From Candidatus Poribacteria bacterium (GTDB lineage: Bacteria > Poribacteria > WGA-4E > WGA-3G), in assembly GCA_963663765.2 (NCBI GenBank), contig CAXXUA010000008.1, positions 52,320 to 116,319 of the forward strand: DNA of 64,000 bases, written 5' to 3'. The notes below the pieces were generated by a model that made no database searches, was not told where the DNA came from, and saw only the letters and a program-made list of their open reading frames with translations. A program made the position numbers and the translations under genes. Shown here piece after piece: positions 49,549-59,208 of this stretch. Each line of letters starts with the position of its first letter. Position 1 is the stretch's first letter.

Positions 49549-50768
49549 GGGTGTGTAAAGTTTTTGTAGAAACCCTGACATTATAGTGGATTTTAGAATT
49601 ATTTTTACACTTTCAGGGGTAGGAGGGAACTCCGATTCTCGACTATCAAGGCGTCCAGTCGCGATTCGGAGATCGAAATCAACGGTATGAATGCCTATTG
49701 GCATTCCCCGCCTACAGAACAAGTGTAAACTTAATTGTATATTTCACTATAGTTCCGTAGGAACGATATGTTTATAGATAAATGTTTTCAACCCCAATAG
49801 AGTTCCGTAGGAACGACATAGAAGAATAAACATATCGTCCCTATGGGACTAAAGAACTGAGAGGGTATTCGTTTTCTATAAACATATCGTCCCTAATGAA
49901 GATTAATTTATTAATTCGGTAATAAAATATTTCTCCAACGGTTGGCGTGCTTTGTAAGCGCGCCCCCGATAGTAGGCGTGCTTTGTAAGCGCGCCATCCC
50001 CGCACTCACCTGCTGGCGTACCTCACTGCAGGCGTGCTTTGTAAGCGCGCCATCCCCGCACTCACCTGCTGGCATACCCCCACTGCAGGCGTGCTTTGTA
50101 AGCGCGCTCCATACTCCCTAAAAACTGCAGGCGTGCTTTGTAAGCGCGCTCCATACTCCCAAAACTGCAGGCGTGCTTTGTAAGCGCGCTCCATACTTCC
50201 AAATACTGCAGGCGTGCTTTGTAAGCGCGCCATCCCCGCACTCACCTGCAGACACCCCCCACTGCAGGCGTGCTTTGTAAGCGCGCTCCATACTCCCTAA
50301 AAACTTCAGGCGTGCTTTGTAAGCGCGCTCCATACTCCCTAAAAACTTCAGGCGTGCTTTGTAAGCGCGCCATCCCCGCACTCACCTGCTGGCATACCCC
50401 ACTGCAGGCGTGCTTTGTAAGCGCGCCATCCCCGCACTCACCTGCTGGCGTACCCCACTGCAGACGTGCTTTGTAAGCGCACCCCCGATAGTAGGCGTGC
50501 TTTGTAAGCGCACCCCCGATGGTAGACATGCTTTGTAAGCGAACCCCCGATGGTAGACGTGCTTTGTAAGCGCACCCCATAAGCGTCAACTTAAGGATTT
50601 TCACCTCTTGTGGGAGTTTTTTTCAACCCCGATTTTATGTTCATCTTCTGTCATATCGAGGTTGAAAAAAACTCCCACAAGAGAAACACCAACACTTTTT
50701 CATAAATTGACGTCTATGGGGCGGGGAGACCCCGCCCCTACGCACAGCAACAAAAACTTTACACACCC
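49549..50768. mobile_element. 1.2-kb composite GGGTGTGTAAA-ended non-coding element
   Basis: Terminal repeats with exact 9-bp duplication GTTTTAAAG (49540..49548, 50769..50777). Contains TAGTG (49582..49751) and GCGTCAA (50579..50716) elements and a REP array. Confidence 0.88.
49940..50580. repeat. Array of 15 copies of palindromic GGCGTGCTTTGTAAGCGCGC separated by three recurring linker types
   Basis: Copies counted by eye. Linkers CCCGATAGT-type, CATCCCCGCACTCACCTGCTGGC-type and TCCATACTCCCTAAAAACT-type recur. Confidence 0.9.
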
Positions 50769-51497
50769 GTTTTAAAGTCAGGTTTATTCAGTTTTCCTAA
50801 TTTTGGATTTATCTAAAAAGAAACCCCGTGGTAGGAGCGACTTAGACGGAGAACTCGGATAAAATACCAGCATTGAATCCTAAACCTTCAATGAAGATTA
50901 TCCTAAGCAATACGACATCAACCCCGTGTCTTATCCGCGTATTCCGCGGCATCCGTGATTTTGATAAACTCAAAAAAGTTCATTTTTGCTTGACAAACGT
51001 TAATTTAATTTGTTAATATATATTTTACATAATAATTACAACATTAGAGATATTTCAGCAAGCAAAACATAAACATAAAAAAATAACATATATGGATGTC
51101 AATAAACAATGAAGTTTCTCAAAAAATACAAAATGTTACACTTCTCAGAAAAAACTTTTTTTGTTTTTTGGAAAAAATGCCTATAAACCCTTGATGTAAC
51201 TGGTGTATAGCTAATTTTAAAATGTTTTCAAAAAAACGAAAAATGTTTCCATTTGAAAACATTTAAGCTTGAAAAAATCACGTATCATGAGTTAAAAACT
51301 ATAGTTCTTCAAGAGGAATTTTGATAATTAATATCGACTTGAAAGATCATCTCATAAGAGGAACAATCCTATAAATCTACTAATCCAATAAATTCTGGTT
51401 CAGACAAGAAACAGATACATTGCACACGCGTCCCTTTATTTTACTATCATAATATCAACAATCATGCTAAAATAGTTACAAAACGAGGGTAGAAATC

Positions 51498-52289
51498 ATG
51501 AAAAATCACCTGCTAATTGGCATCCTACTACTATTAGGTATACTCAGTGTGCTTTTTCAATACCACTATAGAGTCGAAGCAGATTCACGAGACCTACAAA
51601 ACAATACCACCGCTTTCTCACACGACATATTCAATCAGGTATTGAAAAAACACGTTGAAAAAGGTAAAATTGACTACGCTAAACTGAAAGAAAAACCTGA
51701 AGAATTTGAGAAGTATTTGGATTTATTGGCTGCTGCAAAACCTTCTGAAATGTCTTACAACGCTCAGATGGCATTTTGGGTCAACGCATACAACGCACTT
51801 GTCATAAAAGGCGTTATAGACCACTACCCAACAAAAAGTGTACGTAAAATAAAGGCGTTTGGTGGTTTTTTCTCACGACTAAAGTTTCATGTGGCAGGTG
51901 AAAAATACACGTTGGATCACATTGAACACGACATCCTCCGAAAAGAATTTGTTGACCCGCGCGTCCATTTTGCTTTGGTATGTGCCTCTATTGGTTGTCC
52001 ACCAATTGAAAACAAAGTTTTTCTACCTGAAACAATTGATGAACAATTGGATGCCGTAACGACCAAATTTGTTACCAATCCTCAAAAAGTTAGACTAGAT
52101 AAAACAAAGCAGAGAGTTTATCTATCAAAAATATTCAAATGGTATAAAAAAGATTTTACTGAAGGATACACGGGTGTCGCAGATTTCCTCGCGGATTTCC
52201 TACCATCTGAAGACGCAGATTTTGTACTGGAAAAAGATGTGAAGTTTCATTACTTAGACTACGATTGGTCATTGAACGATAAAAAATGA
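51498..52289 (+). CDS. DUF547 domain exported protein
   Basis: Motifs AFWVNAYNA, LDHIEH.ILR, DPRVHFALVCASIGCP, LSKIFKWY and YDWSLN. Confidence 0.92.
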   Translation: MKNHLLIGILLLLGILSVLFQYHYRVEADSRDLQNNTTAFSHDIFNQVLKKHVEKGKIDYAKLKEKPEEFEKYLDLLAAAKPSEMSYNAQMAFWVNAYNALVIKGVIDHYPTKSVRKIKAFGGFFSRLKFHVAGEKYTLDHIEHDILRKEFVDPRVHFALVCASIGCPPIENKVFLPETIDEQLDAVTTKFVTNPQKVRLDKTKQRVYLSKIFKWYKKDFTEGYTGVADFLADFLPSEDADFVLEKDVKFHYLDYDWSLNDKK

Positions 52290-52332
52290 AAGGAATAATT
52301 GGTTATTACAAAAACCGATATATAGACTATAT

Positions 52333-53367
52333 ATGAAAAATGCAGCTGTTATTGGTTACGGTTATGCTGGACGGGCATTCCACTCATATCTGATAGGTTT
52401 TGCTGATGGGTTAAACCTATACGGTATAGCAACACGGAATGAAGAACGTCGTGCCGCCGCACGCAAAGCATATCCTAACGCACAAATATATCAGACAATT
52501 GATGAGGTCGTTGCAGACGATAAAGTTGATCTCGTGGTCTTAGCAACGCCACACGATACGCACGCTGAACTCGCAATTACGGCAATGGATGCCGGCAAGA
52601 ATGTTGTCACGGATAAGATTATCGCAATGAATACTGCCGAAGCAGATGCAATGATCGCCGCAGGTAAACGCAATAACGTTCTATTTAGTGTGTTTCATAA
52701 TCGCCGTTGGGACTGGGATTATATCACTGTCAAAAAGGTTATCGCTGACGGACTGCTCGGAACACCCTACCTTTTTCAAGTCGCAATCATGCGTTATGGT
52801 GCACCGGGTGGATGGAGAGGCGTCAAAAGCCAAAGTGGAGGAATCCTGTTCGATTGGCCCGCACACTTCGTTGATCAAGCACTGCAATTCGTACAAGCAC
52901 CCGTAGCTTCTGTTTATTGTGATATACACTACAACACAAAATGGGACACTGATATTGGAAACTACGCAAACTGCATCATAAAGTTTGAAAACGATGTACG
53001 CTATCAAATTGAGATTGGCAACCTGTCTAAAGCAGAAAAACCGCGTTGGTACGTGGTCGGTGATGAAGGCGGTTTGATCAAATACGGGTTAGACCCTCAA
53101 GAAGGACCGATGCGAGAAGGCAATATTGATGCTGCCGAACAAGACCCAAAAAACTATGCAAAAGTCTGGACAGAGGCAAACGGAGAAAAACGAGAACTCG
53201 TTATAGAAAGTGTCCGTAGCACTTGGAAATCCTACTACCAAAACATATCTGATGTCCTAAATAAAGGTGCAGAACTCGTTGTCAAACCAGAAGAAATGAG
53301 AAAAGTTATGCAAGTCTATGATGCAGCAATGCTATCTGCGGAGACGGGTGAAACAGTAAAATTCTAA
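52333..53367 (+). CDS. Gfo/Idh/MocA oxidoreductase (IolW/YdgJ-like)
   Basis: Motifs IGYGYAGRAFH, VFHNRRWD and GGILFDW. Confidence 0.88.
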   Translation: MKNAAVIGYGYAGRAFHSYLIGFADGLNLYGIATRNEERRAAARKAYPNAQIYQTIDEVVADDKVDLVVLATPHDTHAELAITAMDAGKNVVTDKIIAMNTAEADAMIAAGKRNNVLFSVFHNRRWDWDYITVKKVIADGLLGTPYLFQVAIMRYGAPGGWRGVKSQSGGILFDWPAHFVDQALQFVQAPVASVYCDIHYNTKWDTDIGNYANCIIKFENDVRYQIEIGNLSKAEKPRWYVVGDEGGLIKYGLDPQEGPMREGNIDAAEQDPKNYAKVWTEANGEKRELVIESVRSTWKSYYQNISDVLNKGAELVVKPEEMRKVMQVYDAAMLSAETGETVKF

Positions 53368-53373
53368 TTCAAG

Positions 53374-56121
53374 ATGGAATATAATATGAAATCCGTAATT
53401 TTTCAATTCCTAATCTTATTCTTCTTATTCCCTGTTTTTATTGCAGATGTCAACGCGCAACACTCTACACAAGAACACCTACCTGATGGCGCAATCGCAC
53501 GAATCGGTAATGGAAATATAAATGATATTGAGTATTCTCCTGATGGTAAAACCCTTGCAATTGCTACCGATATCGGTATTTGGATATACAACAATAAGAC
53601 TCAACAAAAACAGAAACTACTCCTCCCACATACACACTATATTCGCAGCATTGCATTCAGTCCAGATGGAAAAACGTTAGCTGCGAGTCATGAGAATCAG
53701 ATCATACTGTTTGATGGTATGACATTTTCGCAGAAAAGTGTATTGTCTGGCGAATATACAGGAAGTGTTTATAGAATTGCTTACAGTCCAGACGGCAGTA
53801 CGCTCGCGAGTAGCATTTCAAGTATTGGGATTATTTTATGGGATACCGCTTCGGGTACACCAAGAACTACAATCAAAAACGAATCATGGGGTATGAAATT
53901 TGCATTTGCACCTGATGGAAAAACACTTGCAAGTACTGGAGTTGATGTAGGTAAAATGTATCTATGGAATGCAATTACCGGAAAGAATCTCTCTACTCAT
54001 TCTGCACATAAAGAAACGATCAATGATATCGCATTCAGTTCTGATGGCAAAACTATAGTGACAATCAGAAACAGTAATTCTGAAACTATCCGTTTGTATT
54101 TTTGGAAATTAGAAGCCACCAGACTCAATAAGAAAGAAGTTAAAACTCCCGTTATGAATCGTGTTGAGTTTAGTCCTAATGGGAAAATCCTCGCGGTAGG
54201 TGGGTATAATCGATTATATATACACGATGTTACCACTAGAGAACAAATTGCTTCACATTTTTTGCATAAAGGACATGTCATGTCATTTGCATTTAGTCCC
54301 GACGGTACCGCACTCGCAAGTGCTACTGAACATGAAATATTTTTGTGGGATATCGCAGGGGCAAAACCTATTTCTACAATTAACACACCAGACCAGAAAG
54401 CTTCACGTAGAATAGCAATAAGTAATGATGGAAGCACGATTGCCAGTGGTGGATATGGAAATACAGTAATGTTGTGGAATGCTGTCACACATGAACTTAT
54501 GAATACATTCAAAAGTGACACAGGTTATGTTACATCGCTTTCGTACGCCTCAGATGGTGAATATCTTGCGTGCGGAACTTTGAATGCTATACATTTATGG
54601 CACGTCAACAGCGGAGAAATGAAAACACTTTTCGCTAGTGATTTGACAATTGTAAATAGTGTTGCTTATAGTCCTGATGGAAAGTCTCTCGCTGCAGGTG
54701 GTAAGATAAATACGGTGTTTCTATATGATATTAACACTGGAAAAAGATTGCTAAGACTAAATTCTCATAAGAATAGTGTAAACAGTGTTGTGTTCAGTCC
54801 TGATGGAAAAACAATTGCAACTGGAAGTGATGACAAAACAGTTCGTCTATGGGATGTTAAGGAAGGCACTTTAAAAAAGACTATTTACCATAAAACTGAG
54901 AATATTACAAGTGTTATATTTAGTTCCGATGGTAATACGTTTTCTTTTGGTGATATAAATGGAAATATTGTTATTCGGAAATTGACTACAAAAGAAGAAA
55001 CGTTTATTCAAACGGATCATATATTCCTTGAAGACCTTGCTTTTAGTCCAGATTCAAACACAATTGCATCTGCAAGTTGGGATGGATTGCATACATGGGA
55101 TGTGTCTAATGGAAAAATGATCTCGTCTTTCATTGGACATTCTGCCAGAGTCACAAACGTAGCATATAGTCTTCACGGTGGTAATATAATAAGTGGGAGT
55201 CTTGATGGTACGGTTCGAGTCTGGAACAGTCGTGGGGGCAAAGTTAGAAAAATAACTTCGGGGTTTATTGGAAATGTCTCAAGTATTGCATTCAGTCCAG
55301 ATGGAAAAACTATTGCATCTTGTGGTGGACAGAAAAATGTGCGAATATGGGATGCACAGACAGGACAACAGATAATTGCCTTCGGAGATGACCTGATGGG
55401 ACTAAGTATCGCATTTAGTCCGGATGGCAACATCATAGCAACAGGGAATTTGCATCCAATAATACGACTATGGAGTTCAGAAACCGGACAAGAAATCGCA
55501 AAATTAGTAGGACACTCCGATGGTGTTGAGTGTGTTACCTTTAGTCCTGATGGAAAAATCCTTGCATCAGCAAGCAGAGATAAGACAGTTTTCTTATGGG
55601 ATATTGATACAATGAGTCAAACTGACAAACTCACAGGACATGACAAATGGGTGGATAGCGTTGTTTTCAGTCCAAATGCTGAGAAACTCGCTACTGCCAG
55701 TAGCGATAACATATTCTTATGGGATGCTTCAACACAACAGAAGACAACACTCATAGGTCATAAATTTGGAGCGAATTGTCTTGCGTTTAATCCAGACAGT
55801 ACTATCCTCGCTGCTGGGGGTTTAAAGGAAGTCCTATTGTATGATGCTGCTTCTGGAGAACTTATGAAAAAACTCATTGGACATACTGGATCGGTCTTGA
55901 GTGTAGCATTCAGTCGTGATGGAAAATCACTCGCAAGCGGAGGAACTGGGTCTGAAAACATAGTTTTCTTGTGGGATGTTGATTCTGGTAAGCAAATAAA
56001 GAAATTTAATGGACATAATAAACAGGTCAAAAGTATTGCTTTCAATCCTGATGGAAAAACACTCGCAAGCGGTAGTTGGGACGGTACGATTCTTCTTTGG
56101 GATATTTCTAACTTGCAATAA
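53374..56121 (+). CDS. Secreted WD40-repeat protein (about 21 repeats)
   Basis: Signal peptide and repeated (GH)...S.AFSPDG..LAS....LWD units. Confidence 0.93.
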   Translation: MEYNMKSVIFQFLILFFLFPVFIADVNAQHSTQEHLPDGAIARIGNGNINDIEYSPDGKTLAIATDIGIWIYNNKTQQKQKLLLPHTHYIRSIAFSPDGKTLAASHENQIILFDGMTFSQKSVLSGEYTGSVYRIAYSPDGSTLASSISSIGIILWDTASGTPRTTIKNESWGMKFAFAPDGKTLASTGVDVGKMYLWNAITGKNLSTHSAHKETINDIAFSSDGKTIVTIRNSNSETIRLYFWKLEATRLNKKEVKTPVMNRVEFSPNGKILAVGGYNRLYIHDVTTREQIASHFLHKGHVMSFAFSPDGTALASATEHEIFLWDIAGAKPISTINTPDQKASRRIAISNDGSTIASGGYGNTVMLWNAVTHELMNTFKSDTGYVTSLSYASDGEYLACGTLNAIHLWHVNSGEMKTLFASDLTIVNSVAYSPDGKSLAAGGKINTVFLYDINTGKRLLRLNSHKNSVNSVVFSPDGKTIATGSDDKTVRLWDVKEGTLKKTIYHKTENITSVIFSSDGNTFSFGDINGNIVIRKLTTKEETFIQTDHIFLEDLAFSPDSNTIASASWDGLHTWDVSNGKMISSFIGHSARVTNVAYSLHGGNIISGSLDGTVRVWNSRGGKVRKITSGFIGNVSSIAFSPDGKTIASCGGQKNVRIWDAQTGQQIIAFGDDLMGLSIAFSPDGNIIATGNLHPIIRLWSSETGQEIAKLVGHSDGVECVTFSPDGKILASASRDKTVFLWDIDTMSQTDKLTGHDKWVDSVVFSPNAEKLATASSDNIFLWDASTQQKTTLIGHKFGANCLAFNPDSTILAAGGLKEVLLYDAASGELMKKLIGHTGSVLSVAFSRDGKSLASGGTGSENIVFLWDVDSGKQIKKFNGHNKQVKSIAFNPDGKTLASGSWDGTILLWDISNLQ

Positions 56122-56146
56122 ATGCACAAATCTTTATCCTAAATAT

Positions 56147-57461
56147 CAGGGTTATTTAGTTTTAGGAGTTTTGGTTGTTTTTTATCACAATCGTTAATAT
56201 TTTTGGATATGCAGATATAGCGTGATTTATCGCGCTATATCTGCTATACTTCACCTAAAAAATCTTACCTTTGAGGTGAAAAATGCCAGAGAAAAACTCT
56301 CGACACTTGTTAGATAGATTAGCAGAAATCCAAGACCCGCGCAACAATAAAGGAAAACGACACCCATTGAAATCAATCATCGGACTTAACATTATTGGTT
56401 TTATGACTGGACATAAAGGATATACATCCATCGCAACTTGGGCCCGAACCCAACCAGACCTCGCAAGAACACTCGGTTTTACACATAAGAAAACACCTTG
56501 TCCCGCAACAATACATAATGTTCTAAAAGATTTAGATGCTGATGCTGTTGAAAAGACATTTACAGACTGGGTAGAAGACGTTTGTCAAAGTCGACCTGAT
56601 TTAGAAGGTTGTCTTGACGCAGTCGCTATAGACGGTAAAACGATGCGTGCCAGTAAGAAAAGTGGTGCGACAATAAGCCATTTACTCTCTGTTGTGTCTC
56701 ATGAGTTAGGCGTCACACTTACACAAAAAGGTGTCAGTGATAAAACCAACGAAATACCGATCTCAACAGAGATCCTCAAAAACTTTGATGTGAGTGGTAA
56801 AGTCATCACAACAGACGCACTTTTGACACAGCGACCATTCTGCCACGCCATCATAGAGGGTAATGGAGACTATGTGCTCCCTGTCAAAAAGAACCAACCG
56901 GACCTTTACGATGAGATCCAAAAACTCTTTCAAGACGTTCCAGACACGCTTTCTGATAACACACCACATCCTAAATTGGGAGCCCCTATTTACACTCACG
57001 AGACTTCTGAAAAATCACATGGTAGAATAGAGACAAGGTGTTTGAAAGCAAGCACAAGTCTCAACGCATATCTGGATTGGCCAGGTATAGCACAAGTGTT
57101 CCAATATCGTTATACTTACAAAAATACGAAAACAGGAGAAGAAAAAACCAAAATCCATTATGGTATTACAAGTCTGACACCCGAAGAAACTTCTGCCCAA
57201 CGTTTACTTGAGCTACGCCGTGGGCATTGGTCAATAGAGAACAAGTCGCATTGGATGCGTGATACACAACTTGGAGAAGACGCATCGTCTGTCCGATGCG
57301 GTGCTATTCCACAAATCATGGCTGCTTTGCGAAATACAGCATTAGCAGTGTTGCGATTTGCTGGGATAACGCGTATAGCAGATGAGATAAAATACTTAGC
57401 TTCAAAACCTAAACTCGCAGTTAACTTGATAACTGAGAGTTTTTAAAACTAAATAACCCTG
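56147..57461 (+). mobile_element. Complete ISAs1-family insertion sequence
   Basis: 18-bp terminal repeats CAGGGTTATTTAGTTTTA / TAAAACTAAATAACCCTG and a 9-bp duplication CCTAAATAT. Confidence 0.93.
56283..57446 (+). CDS. ISAs1 family DDE transposase
   Basis: DPR...RHPL, AIDGKT, KTNEI, TDAL, VKKNQ, HGRIETR, RGHWSIEN..HW.RD and ED. Confidence 0.95.
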   Translation: MPEKNSRHLLDRLAEIQDPRNNKGKRHPLKSIIGLNIIGFMTGHKGYTSIATWARTQPDLARTLGFTHKKTPCPATIHNVLKDLDADAVEKTFTDWVEDVCQSRPDLEGCLDAVAIDGKTMRASKKSGATISHLLSVVSHELGVTLTQKGVSDKTNEIPISTEILKNFDVSGKVITTDALLTQRPFCHAIIEGNGDYVLPVKKNQPDLYDEIQKLFQDVPDTLSDNTPHPKLGAPIYTHETSEKSHGRIETRCLKASTSLNAYLDWPGIAQVFQYRYTYKNTKTGEEKTKIHYGITSLTPEETSAQRLLELRRGHWSIENKSHWMRDTQLGEDASSVRCGAIPQIMAALRNTALAVLRFAGITRIADEIKYLASKPKLAVNLITESF

Positions 57462-57488
57462 CCTAAATATAATGATTAATCAATTTAC

Positions 57489-57601
57489 TGTTCAAATTGT
57501 GAACACCACTGATTAAATTGTGACAGTTCAAGGAAATACTAAGATATAAACCCAAACATAGTCTACAGATGCAAACTGATTGCATTGGCATTATATTTGC
57601 T
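57489..57601 (+). promoter_or_regulatory. Sigma54 promoter with upstream palindrome
   Basis: TGGCAT-TATAT-TTGCT at 57586..57601, and TGTTCA-AATTG-TGAACA at 57489..57505. Confidence 0.7.
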
Positions 57602-57621
57602 GAGTATATTCTAACAATAAC

Positions 57622-58755
57622 ATGAGGAGAAACAGAATGTATCTAAAAAAACTTACTGCGATGATGTTGATGGTGCTATGCATCAGTCTCTCCGCACAAA
57701 GCGATTCCCATAAAAATCATAAAAAAGAGACAACACAGTATGATGATCTAAACAAACGCGTTATTACAAGCATTGACAAAGGTTTAGAATGGTTGGAAAC
57801 ACAACAAGGCGAAGATGGTTTATTTGCTGATCACCCTGGAATGACTGCACTTGTAATCACAGCATTTTTACGACATCCACAAAAAAAATATTCCGAAGAA
57901 AAACACCCGTTTATTCAGAAGACAATTGACCAACTTATTGCAATGCAACAAGAAAACGGTGCAATCTACGATATAAAGAAACAACCCGCACTACCAAACT
58001 ATACCACTGCTACTACTGTAATGGCACTCGCTTCAACAAGTAATCCGAAAAAGTATGAAAAAGTCATCAAAAAAGCACAAGGATTCCTAAAAAGTCTGCA
58101 AATACAAGATGAGGAAAGTGTATATTATGGTGGCATCGGTTACGGAAGTCGTGAGACCGTAAATGATCTCTCTAACTTAAACTTTGCTTTACAAGCATTG
58201 AAAGAAAGCGGTTCTGATGATGATGAAGTCTGGAAAAAAGCCATTAAGTTCTTGGAACGCACACAGAACAGAAGCGAAAGTAATGACCAAAAATGGGCTG
58301 GTAACGATGGCGGATTCATATACGCACCAGATGGTGAAAGCAAAGCAGGCAATGACGAAAATGGTTCACCCCGTTCCTATGCCAGCATGACTTATGCAGG
58401 TCTATTGAGTTTCATTTACGCTAATGTTGACAAAGATGATGAACGCGTAAAATCTGCAGTGCAGTGGATAGAAAAACATTTCACCGTTGAAGAAAACTAT
58501 GGTATGGGCGCACAAGGCCTCTATTACAACTATCACACTATGGCAAAAGCATTGCGGTTATACGGTAAAGATACAATTACAGATGCAAAAGGTGTCACAC
58601 ACGACTGGTACAAAGAACTTGCTGAAAAACTGATTGAAGAGCAGAAACCAGATGGATATTGGGTTAATGATGGAAGCAAGCGTTGGATGGAATCACTCCC
58701 AGTGTTAGCAACAAGTTATGCAATCCTCTCACTTGATACTGCCTATCCCAAGTAA
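57622..58755 (+). CDS. Exported prenyltransferase/squalene-oxidase repeat protein
   Basis: Signal peptide and QW-like repeats (WLETQQGEDG, QQENG, GGIGY, DGGFIY, QKPDGYW). Confidence 0.85.
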   Translation: MRRNRMYLKKLTAMMLMVLCISLSAQSDSHKNHKKETTQYDDLNKRVITSIDKGLEWLETQQGEDGLFADHPGMTALVITAFLRHPQKKYSEEKHPFIQKTIDQLIAMQQENGAIYDIKKQPALPNYTTATTVMALASTSNPKKYEKVIKKAQGFLKSLQIQDEESVYYGGIGYGSRETVNDLSNLNFALQALKESGSDDDEVWKKAIKFLERTQNRSESNDQKWAGNDGGFIYAPDGESKAGNDENGSPRSYASMTYAGLLSFIYANVDKDDERVKSAVQWIEKHFTVEENYGMGAQGLYYNYHTMAKALRLYGKDTITDAKGVTHDWYKELAEKLIEEQKPDGYWVNDGSKRWMESLPVLATSYAILSLDTAYPK

Positions 58756-58779
58756 GAATAAGTAAAGTTTTCCTCCTAT

Positions 58780-58812
58780 AAGGCGGAATCCCACATCCGC
58801 CTTTATTTTTTT
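58780..58812 (+). terminator. Rho-independent terminator
   Basis: AAGGCGGA-ATCCCACA-TCCGCCTT followed by TATTTTTTT. Confidence 0.75.
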
Positions 58813-58833
58813 CAAATTTACTTGATTATAGTA

Positions 58834-59116
58834 ATACCATTTTCATGTGATAATGTCTCATTAGCAGCGGAAATCTGGTAGGAGCGACCTCCCGGTCGCT
58901 CCTACCGAAGAGAGTAACCCCCTGCCAGTAACCAGTAGAATTCCTTAATGAGACAAGATTTATTTGAATTGGTATGATAATGTCTCATAAGCAGCGGAAA
59001 TCTGGTAGGAGCGACCTCCCGGTCGCGACCGTGAGGTCGCTCCTACCGAAGAGAGTAACCCCCTGCCAGTAACCAGTAGAATTTCTTAATGAGACAAGAT
59101 TTATTTGAATTGGTAT
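58834..59116. mobile_element. Tandem ATACCA...TGGTAT MITE copies
   Basis: Two ~140-bp units, both inverted homologs of 8061..8216. Confidence 0.82.
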
Positions 59117-59208
59117 AATGGCATAAATATCTTCCACTAAACGAAACCTCCTTTAAGACGTTTAACACGTGTTTTTTGTGCAATGTCGCAAAAACGTCAG
59201 GAGGTTTT

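Noticed and set aside
49940-50580. CRISPR array
   Set aside because: Linkers are reused and vary from about 9 to 33 nt, the repeat is a dispersed REP found singly elsewhere, and there are no cas genes in the window.
50006-50604. Short repetitive ORFs (ARLQSTPAV, RAYKARLQ)
   Set aside because: Translations of the REP array.
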